Shown here: one piece after another, positions 19,946 through 29,996 of the stretch | How the letters are laid out: every line of letters starts with the position of its first letter | How positions within the stretch are numbered: position 1 is the first letter of the stretch | Assembly (NCBI GenBank): GCA_000091205.1 | Contig: AP006497.2 | DNA length: 64,000 bases | Direction: 5' to 3' (one strand) | Source of the DNA: Cyanidioschyzon merolae | Lineage: Eukaryota | The notes under the pieces: generated by a model | Told to the model about the DNA's origin: nothing | Seen by the model: the letters and a program-made list of their open reading frames with translations, nothing else | Databases searched by the model: none | Program-made: the position numbers and the translations under genes

Positions 19946-21889
19946 GTGTTCGCTGGGAGGCGAGATCGCCTTATGGTGCAGGACCCGGTAGTCGGATCTG
20001 AGACTGAAAATGATGCGCTTCTAGCGCAGCTGCTTTCGGCGGAGGAAGAGACGGCAGATGCGTTATACTACGCGAACGGCAACGACTGGATAGATGCGTT
20101 CTCGTGGGCGAGTCCCGAAGGTCTGGAGGCAGAGCGCAGCCAGCGCAAGGGACGGCACAAACGGAACGGCAGGCGGCGGAGGTTCAGTAACATTGACGAA
20201 TACGATGAAGATGGTGAAGACGACGACGATGAGGACTGGATTGAAACGGTAAAGAACCGGAGACCGCGCTCGACAGCAGTAGGTCGGAGGCCGACGGCTA
20301 GCGCGCCAACTGCCGGCGCGCAGCCTGTCTCCAGTGAGCGAGAGCGAGGCGACAGCCGCGACAATAGTGTCGGCCGCGACAGGAACCCTTCAGAGGATAG
20401 CCCGGAACGGGGTCGGAAGCGCCCCACGGCCTGGAGTCCCGAGGAAGAGCAGCGTTTTCTCGAGGCCCTCGAGCTCTACGGACGCGACTGGCGACGAGCG
20501 GCGGCGCACGTCGGAACCCGGAGTGCGAGCAACTTCCGCTCACACGCGCAAAAGTATTTCATTAAGCTGTACAAGGAAGGGCGGCCTGTGCCGCCCAAAG
20601 TTGCTGAAACTGGTGCGGGTCACACGTTGAGTGGAAAACCTTTGGATCCAAATAGTGCAGCAGCGCGTGCATACTTACAGGGCAGTGTCTACCGCAAAGA
20701 GCTACGTAGCCGCCACAAGTCGAGCGGTGCCGCAGAGAGCCCGGCAGGGTCAGAGGAACCCGACTTGAGCACACCAAAAACGAAGCATGCGTCACCAGAG
20801 GCATCCGTCGCTGCACCAACCTCAGATATTCATGAAGATGAAATTTTCCAGCAGATGCAGCTCGACGCACAGCTGCAGGCTGAGGAAGCGAGCGCTCCCT
20901 ACGACGAGTACGCCAAAGAGAATGCCCATCAGGATCCAGAGTATACGGTAAGGGCACCCTCGATGCCGGGACCTGCGGCTGCTGCGGAGCCTCCGGAGTA
21001 CGCGAAGCGGAGACCGAAGCGATCGACCGCGGGGCGACGGAGCATTCGTTCACTCTACAACATCGCGTCCGCTGATGATGAGCTGCGGTTTGTGAGCTGC
21101 CTATCGTACGAGCCCGACGCCCAGCCATTTCGAATCGTTGTTCAGCCTCGCGCCTTGTTCATGATGGACCTGCATGCGCATCTCGATCTACGAGAAGTCA
21201 TCGGCTTTCTGGGCGGCCGCTACGACACCACACGCAAACAACTCGAGATCATTGACGCGTTCGCCTGTCGAGCTGCCCAAGGGCGGGCCGGTCACCTAGA
21301 CGTGGAGCTGGACCCGGAGTCAGCGGTAGAGGCGCGGAACACCATCGAGGTATCCGGTCTCGCCGTTGTTGCCTGGTATCACTCCCACCCGACATTTCCT
21401 CCTGAGCCATCCGTTCGTGACTTGGATAATCAACGAAATTACCAGAAACAATTTGAAAGCGAGGGAGCGCCTTATCCGTTCCTTGCCGCAATCATTAGCC
21501 CGTACGATCCGAACTTGCCGAGTGTGCGGTCTGCGATTCAGTGGTTCCACGTTGGCCTCAGTCCAGCCGAGGATAGCTTTGCTTTCCGTTTACAATGGGA
21601 ACCGGGGCCGGTTCCTCTGCTTGCTCCAGCGGTGTCGTCGCCTGCATCCCATGCGACGTCCGAGAAGCTGTCGGATGAGCTGCAGAAACGAGTTCAGCAG
21701 TTGCTGGACAACCGTTCAGTGAAGCTTGATACAAACTGGAGCCTTCGCAACGGCGAACGCGGTGAGAGATCGACGCTTCGTCGCGGGGAGAAGCTTTTAC
21801 GAAGTCTCCGATCACGGGTATCGGAAACGGACGCCGACGGCCTGGCTCTGTTGGAGGAGCTGAAACCCGCTCTCCTCGCTGCAACCTGA
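19946..21889 (+). CDS. SANT/Myb + MPN(JAMM) metalloprotease, MYSM1-like putative histone H2A deubiquitinase (647 aa)
   Basis: SANT domain 'WSPEEEQRFLEALELYGRDWRRAAAHVGTRSASNFRSHAQKYF' (nt about 20430-20570). JAMM motif 'AWYHSHPTFPPEPSVRDLDNQ' has the H-x-H-x7-S-x2-D spacing (nt about 21379-21425). An upstream 'EVIGFLGG' segment carries the conserved Glu. The acidic/basic N-terminus looks like a nuclear localisation signal. I see no obvious SWIRM domain. Confidence 0.8.
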   Translation: MFAGRRDRLMVQDPVVGSETENDALLAQLLSAEEETADALYYANGNDWIDAFSWASPEGLEAERSQRKGRHKRNGRRRRFSNIDEYDEDGEDDDDEDWIETVKNRRPRSTAVGRRPTASAPTAGAQPVSSERERGDSRDNSVGRDRNPSEDSPERGRKRPTAWSPEEEQRFLEALELYGRDWRRAAAHVGTRSASNFRSHAQKYFIKLYKEGRPVPPKVAETGAGHTLSGKPLDPNSAAARAYLQGSVYRKELRSRHKSSGAAESPAGSEEPDLSTPKTKHASPEASVAAPTSDIHEDEIFQQMQLDAQLQAEEASAPYDEYAKENAHQDPEYTVRAPSMPGPAAAAEPPEYAKRRPKRSTAGRRSIRSLYNIASADDELRFVSCLSYEPDAQPFRIVVQPRALFMMDLHAHLDLREVIGFLGGRYDTTRKQLEIIDAFACRAAQGRAGHLDVELDPESAVEARNTIEVSGLAVVAWYHSHPTFPPEPSVRDLDNQRNYQKQFESEGAPYPFLAAIISPYDPNLPSVRSAIQWFHVGLSPAEDSFAFRLQWEPGPVPLLAPAVSSPASHATSEKLSDELQKRVQQLLDNRSVKLDTNWSLRNGERGERSTLRRGEKLLRSLRSRVSETDADGLALLEELKPALLAAT

Positions 21890-23252
21890 ACGATATTTCC
21901 ATACCCTACCATGTCCCGTGGCAGAAGTGCGAGTGACGCGTGTGACTGCGATATCCACTGGAGCAGCCCCAGAGACAGGTGTGGGTTCTTTGTGGATGCA
22001 CCTCCACGGATACGTCGATGAACTCTAAAGTGATGCGCTGGCATTCAGGTGCAGTGCGTTCGTGAAAGCGTGGGTTTTCTTTTACGATAAAGCGGTTCCA
22101 TGCTTACAACCCGATACCTGGCTATACCTGCATGCGAATACGATGGGCAGCGATCGCTCTTGTCTTTCTCATGAGCATCAAGTTCGGTTCATGCGATATC
22201 ACTCACACCAGTGTCTATGCGGTATCGAGGCAGCCCATCTGGAACCGCATGAACGCCTGCCCAGCTGAACGCCCGTGATGAAGTATGCGGAAGGTCACGG
22301 GCTCCCCGAACACCTCCTGTGACGTTATGCGAGGTTGAAAGACGCCTTGGCTAGCCACGAGTACGAACCGACGACGTGCGCGCCGTTGAGAGTGCAACGC
22401 TTCGGCGACCGCTGACGCGCGCCCTGGGCACTCGGTCCGCAGCTTGTCTCGGCTACAGTGCCCAGCGAGCGGCACGGTTAGCAGCGTTCAAGTCTATCCA
22501 GACTAGTTGAAGCGTTACGGAGCAACGTTCGGAGGTGCTCGCTCGAGAAACTCCTCCGGAAGCCGTCGGTCGCTAGTGCAAGCGCTATGTCTGACAGAGG
22601 GCATGTGGTCCATGAATGAAGGATACGACGCACTCCCCTCGGCTTGCTTCGGTGCTCTGAGCGTCTAGATGGGCGCTGACGCCATCATTGCATTCGTTGG
22701 TTCGTCTGGGGGCGTCCATAACGAGCACTGGAAAAGTTGAGAACCTGTATCTGCTTTCCGTTGAGGTCTTTGGCTCCGATCTCTTGATTTACAGGTGTGG
22801 TGACAGCCATGATGTCCTTAAACCCAACGTCCATGCCAACGCTAACGTCATTCTCATCATCCATACGGAACAGACGAGCATGAGTTCTGTCGCTTGGCCC
22901 AGGTCTGGGTACCACACACTGCATGCAAATGAATATTTCGTCAGTCACTTCTGTCCGCGTAAAATGCATTCCATTTGCTCCTTGTAAACGAGAAAACTTG
23001 AATGAGCTCTGTCAACGCCCATGGCGAAGCTGCTCGGATGCTTCCTCCTCTCTAGCGGAGACCAGTGGTAGCTCACTGAGGACACCAGCCAGCGCACTGC
23101 ATAAGTTTCTACACTGATACCATGAGCCTTGCTCTGCAAGATGGTGGCCACGTATCGACGTTACGCTTCCAGATGGCGAAGGTATTCGGTTTCGGTGGAC
23201 GGAATCTGCTTTGCTCCCGATGACTCTTTTCGGGGACACCTTGTAGCATGAG

Positions 23253-23891
23253 GTGCTCCAAAGACAGGCATCACGTTCAAAAGATCGTTGGAGTATCACG
23301 TTCACTGGTCTAATACCCAGACCATCATACTACGCATGGCCAATCTGGAGCGATGCTTGCTCTCGTTGCGACATCTCTTCCGAACTCGTAACCTTCTCGA
23401 TCTTTTCCGACACCAGCTCGTCATTTGCCCTTATCGACACACTAGGAATCGGTTCTATCAGTATGGGACTCGGAAACCTCTTTATCTCTACTGATACCAG
23501 CTCGTCATTTGCCCTTATCGACACACTAGGAATCGGTTCTATCAGTATGGGACTCGGAAACTTCTTTATCTCTACTGATACCAGTTCGTCATTTGCCCCT
23601 ATCGACACACACAAGGAATCCTTTCGACATGTCGCTGATTTCTGCGCCAGCCAGATTCTGGTGCAATTCGTAGAAAGCATGCCTCATGAAGCGCTCTATT
23701 TTAACCCGCATTCGTTTCTGGTTCCCGTAGTTCGTTTGCTGCCTGTCGGTACCGGCACTGGCGCATGTTTCTTCGGTGGCCGACGTGGCAGCACCACGCG
23801 TCAAGTTATGCCAGCAAGCGTTTGTGCAAACCCCGCATCCTACACTGACGCAGCGATGCATGTACCGCGCAGCACTCCAGTTCCCGCATGA
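23253..23891 (+). CDS. Hypothetical repeat-containing ORF (212 aa); coding status uncertain
   Basis: The ORF spans the 84-bp tandem repeat and translates to 'DTSSSFALIDTLGIGSISMGLGN(L/F)FIST' ×2.5. The period is a multiple of 3, so translation is frame-preserving. No known domain. Confidence 0.2.
   Translation: MLQRQASRSKDRWSITFTGLIPRPSYYAWPIWSDACSRCDISSELVTFSIFSDTSSSFALIDTLGIGSISMGLGNLFISTDTSSSFALIDTLGIGSISMGLGNFFISTDTSSSFAPIDTHKESFRHVADFCASQILVQFVESMPHEALYFNPHSFLVPVVRLLPVGTGTGACFFGGRRGSTTRQVMPASVCANPASYTDAAMHVPRSTPVPA
23405..23612. repeat. 84-bp tandem repeat, about 2.5 copies
   Basis: The 'ataccagctcgtcatttgcccttatcgacacactaggaatcggttctatcagtatgggactcggaaacYtctttatctctactg' unit recurs at 23412, 23496 and 23580 with a few substitutions. 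Confidence 0.85.
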
Positions 23892-25589
23892 GGGTTTGAT
23901 CGAGAAATTTCAGAGGAAGATGGATAACTGGTAGCGCTGTGTCGGAAACTCCTCTGCACAGTTGCTCGGCGAGATGCATCATGAAAGAGAGACTGGACGT
24001 GGCTTGCCTGCGTAACGAGCTACATGATGTGGGGCGGTTTTCTATATTCCTTGTCATCGAAGTTGCTCCCGATTTGCGTGTTTTAGCATAGAAGCCTTGA
24101 GAATGTTTTGAGTTTGGTTTTTCGGCTCCGACGGTTTTTCCTTGCTGAGATTTCTCGTCATGTCTTCTGGAGGATCGTTCGCTTCTTTGTGTGGCTCGGT
24201 TCAACGCCTTTTCGTTTTCTCGGCAAAAGTCGTATGGACGTGGTCCCGGGAATCAAGCACCGTTTCTTTTATTCAGACGCAGACGCGTTCGGTGGCCGTG
24301 CACCTCAAACGCTTCTACGATCTGTACGTATCTTCTCCTTCGACCGCATATTTTCGTCATCCGTCTTCGTCGCGCGCACGCCGACGTCCCGCAGCACTGC
24401 TTTCCGCTCCGCACAGCGCACGAGAGCAGGCAAGCAACATACGAGTTCAGTGCTGCTGAATATAGAGAACGACCTGTCGAAGCACGGGGTCGTCTATTTG
24501 ATCGACTTTTCAATGGATCCATGATTGTGCATATGGTGTTTGCCGACAAAGAACACGCCCTCGACTGGACTGAATCAGGGAGGCTGAGCTAGCCCGTAGA
24601 GCAGCGCATCCCATGCTGCAGCTGCGTACACCTTGACCGCTTTTGAGTGATGGAAACCGACGCTTCTCAAAGCCGGACATAGCAATATGGGATCATGGAG
24701 CCACCGAGTGCTTCACTGAGGGATAATCTTTTGTGCGATCCTTCCGTTTGAGCAAATCACAGGCGACTACATGATTGCATTGCCGCCAGCGCTGATACAT
24801 CGTGAATTTCGCTTGCCGCTCCCGCGCGAAGAGCGGTTCGCTCTTCTTTGCGTACCAGTGAACAAGTCTACCATTGGTCGTGAGTGAGGTCTCATCGGCT
24901 GAGACGGACGTCTGTCCCTCTTGTGATAAGCGTTCGCGTTTCAGAGCGAACTCCGTGGTGTCTTGTTTATGGTGCGATAGTCTCCCGTAGAGGCCTGCAT
25001 ATTTTCTTTGACGTTTGCATCATTTCATCACTGTTCCGGTCAACGATAGGAAAACTTCATATCCTGTATCATCTTTGATCGTATTTCTTAGAGAATAGTA
25101 GGGGACGGATTGAATAGACAAAGCAACAGTCATGTATGCATTGTATAGCGAGATGTGTATGTAGACTGCTCGACGCTGAGCATGACAACGACGACAAGGG
25201 CGGCATATCCACCTGTTTCCCATGCAATGACTGACTTGTACAAGAAAGGTCCTCAGCTCGCAGGCTAGCTCCTGCACCATGCAACCTTTCCGTGACATCG
25301 CTCTTTAATCCACGGGTTCCATTCCGTTTGTTGCATGCCTGCGAGAAAACAATCAAAAAATGCATCCGGGTACAGGAATTCCAGTACTCATGGCTCCGCG
25401 TACAATCGTAGATAACGATGCTGCCGCCATCGCCTTTCGATCTCGATCACCCTGCATCGCGGTGGTGTCGCAGTCGATAAACTTCAGACTTGGAGCTCCC
25501 AGAGCGCTATCGAGTATCCTTGGTTCGTGTGGAAACGATCCGAACCCCCTAAACACGAACTAGGAGGGCGTATGTGGGTCATCTTGACC

Positions 25590-27131
25590 ATGGCAAGTGC
25601 AGTTCACTGGTTCCGAAAGGGTCTGCGCTTGCACGACAACCCTGCCCTGCTTGATGCGGTGCAAAATCCCACCACAACGTACGTGTTGCCAGTATTCTGC
25701 CTTGACCCGATATTCCTGCGACCCGAGACTGTGGGCGTGAACCGCATGAACTTTCTGCTAGAGTGCTTACAGGATCTGGACCAGCAACTTCGCAAGCTGC
25801 ACTCTAGACTGTTTGTGCTTCGGGGCAATCCGCTGGAGCAACTACCCGTCTTTTTCCGAAAGTATCATACGCGCTTGCTGACGTTCGAGTTCGACACAGA
25901 GCCGTATGCGAAGCAGCGAGACACACAGGTTCGGCGACTCTGTGCCGAGCTGGGCATCGAGGTGCGCACTCGTGCGACGCACACGCTCTACGATCCCGAG
26001 GATATTCGACGTGAACTCGGAGATCGTCCCACACCGCTTACCTACAAAAGCTTCTACGCGTTCGTAACGGAGCGTCTGGGCCAGCCGATGAGTGCGCTGG
26101 ACGCACCCGCGCCTGCGAGCGGTTTCCAAACACCCGATGTGGACCTGGACACCTACACCGTTCCGTCGCTTTCGGAGCTGGAGGCGTATCAGGGCCTCGA
26201 AGTGGAGACACCTTTCCGCGGTGGCGAGACTGAAGCACTCAGGCGCATGGAGAACTTTTTACGAGAACGGGCGGATGAAGTTCGCTCGTTCGCGAAACCC
26301 GCGACATCGCCAACGGCATGGCCAGTAGCATCCACGACGCAACTGTCGCCGTACTTCAAGTTCGGCTGCCTATCGCCGCGGCTCTTTGTCGAGCGCGTCC
26401 GCTCACTACGACCGCTCCAGCAACCACCGGTCTCTCTGATTGGACAGATCTGGTGGCGGGAATTCTTCACATACGTCGCCTATGTGACGCCGCACTTTCA
26501 TCAAATGCAGGGGAATCCTATCTGTCGACAGATACCGTGGCGAGAAGCTGCAGATGATGCACGCTATAGGGCGTGGGAGGAGGCTCGAACCGGATACCCC
26601 TGGATCGATGCTTGCATGGTGCAGCTGCGACAGGAGGGCTGGCTGCACCATCTCGCACGACACGCTGTCGCTTGTTTCCTGACACGGGGTGACCTCTGGG
26701 TCAGCTGGGAACGAGGTCGTGAGACCTTTGATCGTCTGTTGGTAGACGCCGACTACAGTCTGAACAATGCAAATTGGTTATGGTTGTCAAGCTCAGCATT
26801 TTTTCATCAGTACTATCGCGTCTATTCTCCGATCAGTTTCCCCCAAAAGTACGATCCAAATGGTGAATATGTGCGACATTTTCTGCCAGTGTTGAAGGAG
26901 ATGCCGTCAAAATACATTTACACCCCGTGGTTAGCACCAGTTGTGGTGCAGAAAAAGGCCAAATGCATCATTGGTGAGGACTATCCGCATCCGATCGTGG
27001 ATCATGCAGTCGTTATGCGAGAGAATATGAGGCGCATGCGCGAGGCACTTGACGCGGGCGCTCCGCAGCGTGTTCCGAAGCGGCCACGACGCGATGCCAA
27101 CGAAGCATCGTCATCGTCATCGTCGTCATAG
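25590..27131 (+). CDS. Cryptochrome/(6-4) photolyase family protein (animal-CRY/6-4 type), about 513 aa
   Basis: N-terminus 'MASAVHWFRKGLRLHDNPALL' is the hallmark start of the animal-CRY/6-4 photolyase clade. FAD-binding region 'WREFFTY…', 'GYPWIDACMVQLRQEGWLHHLARHAVACFLTRGDLWVSWERG', 'DADYSLNNANWLWLS'. C-terminal poly-Ser tail from (TCGTCA)n. The ORF track starts at 25527; I prefer the Met at 25590 from conservation. Confidence 0.9.
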   Translation: MASAVHWFRKGLRLHDNPALLDAVQNPTTTYVLPVFCLDPIFLRPETVGVNRMNFLLECLQDLDQQLRKLHSRLFVLRGNPLEQLPVFFRKYHTRLLTFEFDTEPYAKQRDTQVRRLCAELGIEVRTRATHTLYDPEDIRRELGDRPTPLTYKSFYAFVTERLGQPMSALDAPAPASGFQTPDVDLDTYTVPSLSELEAYQGLEVETPFRGGETEALRRMENFLRERADEVRSFAKPATSPTAWPVASTTQLSPYFKFGCLSPRLFVERVRSLRPLQQPPVSLIGQIWWREFFTYVAYVTPHFHQMQGNPICRQIPWREAADDARYRAWEEARTGYPWIDACMVQLRQEGWLHHLARHAVACFLTRGDLWVSWERGRETFDRLLVDADYSLNNANWLWLSSSAFFHQYYRVYSPISFPQKYDPNGEYVRHFLPVLKEMPSKYIYTPWLAPVVVQKKAKCIIGEDYPHPIVDHAVVMRENMRRMREALDAGAPQRVPKRPRRDANEASSSSSSS

Positions 27132-28212
27132 TCTACAGTAGCTGCTTCCTGAATGCAACCTTATCCATTATCCGAATGCCGCCAGCACCAAGCATGAGCG
27201 GCAAGGGCGATGCCAGAGCGCGCTACGTCGTTCAGCTGGCGAGTCGACGACACTGGCACCAGTGCGGGTTACGTGCATGGCGTGCGTCTTGTATGGGACA
27301 CGGGTGCGGCACATGACTCGCCGGAAACTCGTGCATACTCCATCTGCAGACGGCAGGGCAGCTGGTTCCTCGTCCAGCTGATGGGCACGAATCCGAGGCA
27401 GATCACGAGAATCAGAGATGCAGTATTCGTCGCGTCTGTGAACGGCCATGCGTATGCATTCACGAGTGCGTCATAAGCGCACCAATGATGAGACACACGC
27501 TCCTGGCGGCGAACAGTACCAACGGGCGCGCCAGTGAACGCATCAGGTTCAAGTCGTCGGTGCCTTTTGTCTTTGCTGGAACGCTGTCCAGAAACCTGTA
27601 CGGCATTGGTGTGCCCAGCGTAGGTGCCGCCCAGGCTATGCGCATTGGGCGCTCGGGACCAAGTTCCGACGAGCAAGACTGCGCTCTCCGTTCCGTACCT
27701 CGTTTCGTATGAAACGGCGGACCACGCACAAAGAGTATCACATGAACGGAATTTAGCGGGCTTTGCGGATGAAAAGCATGCCCTACAGCTTTCGATCAAA
27801 CACACACGCCCGACTCCAGCACCTATCGCGGGTCGCGCTCGTTCCACCGGCCGTGGTGCATCGTTGCGGGTCGCTCGACGTGCGCAACTGCATCGTCGCC
27901 CGAGCGAGACGTTGAACCTGAGGAAACGCTCGCCATGACACTGCCGATATACATCGCAGGTACTAGTTGTGTTCGTGTTTGAGCTAGCGACCGCACGCCC
28001 GTTCGTTGCATGTCAGGTACGCTCTGTGCATCGCGTAACTCGTTTTGGGTTCATGCCAGCGTGAATCCGAGCGCAAGTCTCGAAAAGCACACCAGAGCGC
28101 CTTGTCGATAACAGAGCCTCATTGGCGCATGATGCCGATAACAAAGACTCGTATGCCTGTATCAAGCACGCCCTCGATTCTCCCCGAGTCTGAGTCAAGT
28201 GCAGCCCATAAA

Positions 28213-28233
28213 CGCACACACACACACACACAC
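28213..28233. repeat. (CA)9 microsatellite
   Basis: Direct reading 'acgcacacacacacacacacacc'. It lies in the convergent region between the cryptochrome 3' end and the Josephin gene 3' end. Confidence 0.8.
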
Positions 28234-28277
28234 CTGTCTTGCGCGTCTCGAAATACCCAGCGGCGATAAACGACCAG

Positions 28278-28946
28278 CTACATCGTATGCCGCCCACAAA
28301 ATTGGTCAAGTGGGGTCTCCGGCAGGGCCTCCTTCGGGATACCGTAGACCACAGCTTTCGCCCTCAAGTAAAGCTCGATCTGAGCCATTGCTTGTTCCGT
28401 ACGCCGAATCTCTGGCCCAGCTCGATACGAGTCCAGCAACACCCAGTACAGTTTCAACCCGCAAACGACACGTCGCCAAGCCAGCCAGTGCGAGTCATAA
28501 TGGACGAGCACCGCTCCGTACTGGACTGCTTTCTGAGCCGCTCTCTGCAGCGATCGAGTTTCGGAAGCCTTCCAGCGCAGCGGCTCCGGGTGGATACCGA
28601 CCGATGCCAGCGCAGCAAGCAGCACTTGTGCACTGAAGAAGCCAGTGAGACTCGCGTTCAAAGAGGCGGGTGTGTACGCCTGCAAGAGCTCGTGCCCCTG
28701 CAGTAAAGCCCGCTCCGCTTCATCAAGCTCGTTACTGATGCTGATCAAGTCGTCCAGCGAAAAGTACGGCCCCTGCAACACGTTGTTCAAACAGTGCAGT
28801 ACGCAGAGGTACGAGTCTGGCTCCTGGTGTTCAAAGTAGACCGCTGAAAGCACCTGCTTCCGACTGGGTACCCGTGGTGGCCCTTCCTCGTCGATTGCTC
28901 CCGAGTGCCGGCCTCTGCTCAGGAACCGGGGTGCGAAGCAGACCAT
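28278..28946 (-). CDS. Josephin-domain cysteine protease (ataxin-3/JOSD-like deubiquitinase), 222 aa
   Basis: 'YFEHQEPDSYLCVLHCLNNVLQGPYFS' matches the Josephin catalytic block, which in human ATXN3 reads 'QEGSLCAQHCLNNLLQGEYF'. The catalytic Cys is near nt 28810. Downstream His/Asp-bearing region 'VLVHYDSHWLAWRRV'. Confidence 0.8.
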   Translation of the reverse strand: MVCFAPRFLSRGRHSGAIDEEGPPRVPSRKQVLSAVYFEHQEPDSYLCVLHCLNNVLQGPYFSLDDLISISNELDEAERALLQGHELLQAYTPASLNASLTGFFSAQVLLAALASVGIHPEPLRWKASETRSLQRAAQKAVQYGAVLVHYDSHWLAWRRVVCGLKLYWVLLDSYRAGPEIRRTEQAMAQIELYLRAKAVVYGIPKEALPETPLDQFCGRHTM

Positions 28947-29145
28947 ACAGCACGCCCAGTGTTACTCCGAGGTCTCGAAGCGCTGCTTGTTCGCTTTCAC
29001 GACGACGGACGTTGTCAACGAGTTCCTGGCAAGTGCGTGGCGTTTCGACAGGTATGCGTACGCATGCCAAGCGTCCTCCTGTATACTCGCGTCCCGTGCG
29101 TCCTGCTTGACACAATTCAGATGCAGTGCAACCCGTTGCTAGCTT

Positions 29146-29211
<66 letters not shown>
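29146..29211. repeat. Pure (CAG)22 trinucleotide repeat
   Basis: Direct reading shows 66 nt of uninterrupted cagcag…. It lies about 200 bp upstream of the Josephin start codon on the opposite strand. It causes the artefactual poly-Q (+) and poly-Cys (−) ORFs in the track. Confidence 0.95.
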
Positions 29212-29850
29212 AAAGTCAGGTATAAAGTGGCGTGTAGCGCACGTAGCGGCCGCCCGACTGCTCGACGGATCATGCCCGAGCGTTGCGCGGCTTCCGCAGA
29301 AGCGCTCGGGATACCCTGTGAACGCCTTTAACTGGATCATAGGTCTAACCAGCGGACTTGGACTTGTGTGTTACAGTATGGGGTGCTTGCCGGTGTGTTA
29401 GCAACACCAGCCTTTAAGGTTGTTTCTGTGACTGGTTCCTTTCTCTCTCTCTCTCGTTGCATAGGGGTTACAAACGCCAGTCTCTCCTGTTTCTCCAGCT
29501 CGGTTGTTCGTAGTCCGCGGATGTTGGCGGTAACGTTAAGGTCCGGATTTCCCTGCTTCCGGCTGTTGTTGATATAGTCGATGCACAGGTGGAAACGGCA
29601 AGCTACGGCTCACTCGTCGTGTTCATCTTCTATATGTGCGGCCTTGGTGTGCCGTTCGCAACGGTGATACTTGGCTGTGGCCGGGTGTTTCCGTAGGTCC
29701 AGTATACCGCCTGCTCCAGGGGTTGTCCCGGGGCGCGTGAACGCTGTCTTCATCGCTCGACACCAGCTCACGACGACTCCAGCAGGCTGCTTTGGATGCC
29801 CTGCTTGGTTTCTGCACTCGGCACGATGCGCGATATTCACGGGCTTGTAG

Positions 29851-29996
29851 AGGAATGCATTCGTGTTCTGAAGGTATCTTGAAGTGTGCAAAACGTTGCA
29901 TCTGGATTGCTCCTTGTTCTTCCGCGTTCTCTATCTTGTGTAAAGGAATCCATTCGTGTTCTGAAGGGATCTCGAAGTGTGCAAAACGTTCGTGGC
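29851..29996. repeat. About 52-bp core directly repeated twice with a 93-bp period
   Basis: 'aggaatgcattcgtgttctgaaggtatcttgaagtgtgcaaaacgtt' at 29851 and 'aggaatccattcgtgttctgaagggatctcgaagtgtgcaaaacgtt' at 29944. This causes the internal peptide repeat in minus ORF 29623..30156. Confidence 0.8.

Noticed and set aside
22685-22969. Minus-strand ORF with faint resemblance to ribosomal protein uL14 ('CVVPRPGPSDRTHARLFRMDDENDVSV' vs '[28 protein letters not shown]')
   Set aside because: Only about 8 scattered identities over 28 positions, the flanks do not align, and nuclear cytosolic uL14 is far more conserved than this. It is most likely chance and would need a profile search to revisit.
29126-29401. 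Plus-strand ORF encoding a 21-residue poly-Q protein, and minus-strand ORF 28831..29340 encoding poly-Cys
   Set aside because: Both are direct translation artefacts of the (CAG)22 microsatellite. There is no flanking conserved sequence and the frame is inconsistent with the neighbouring Josephin gene.
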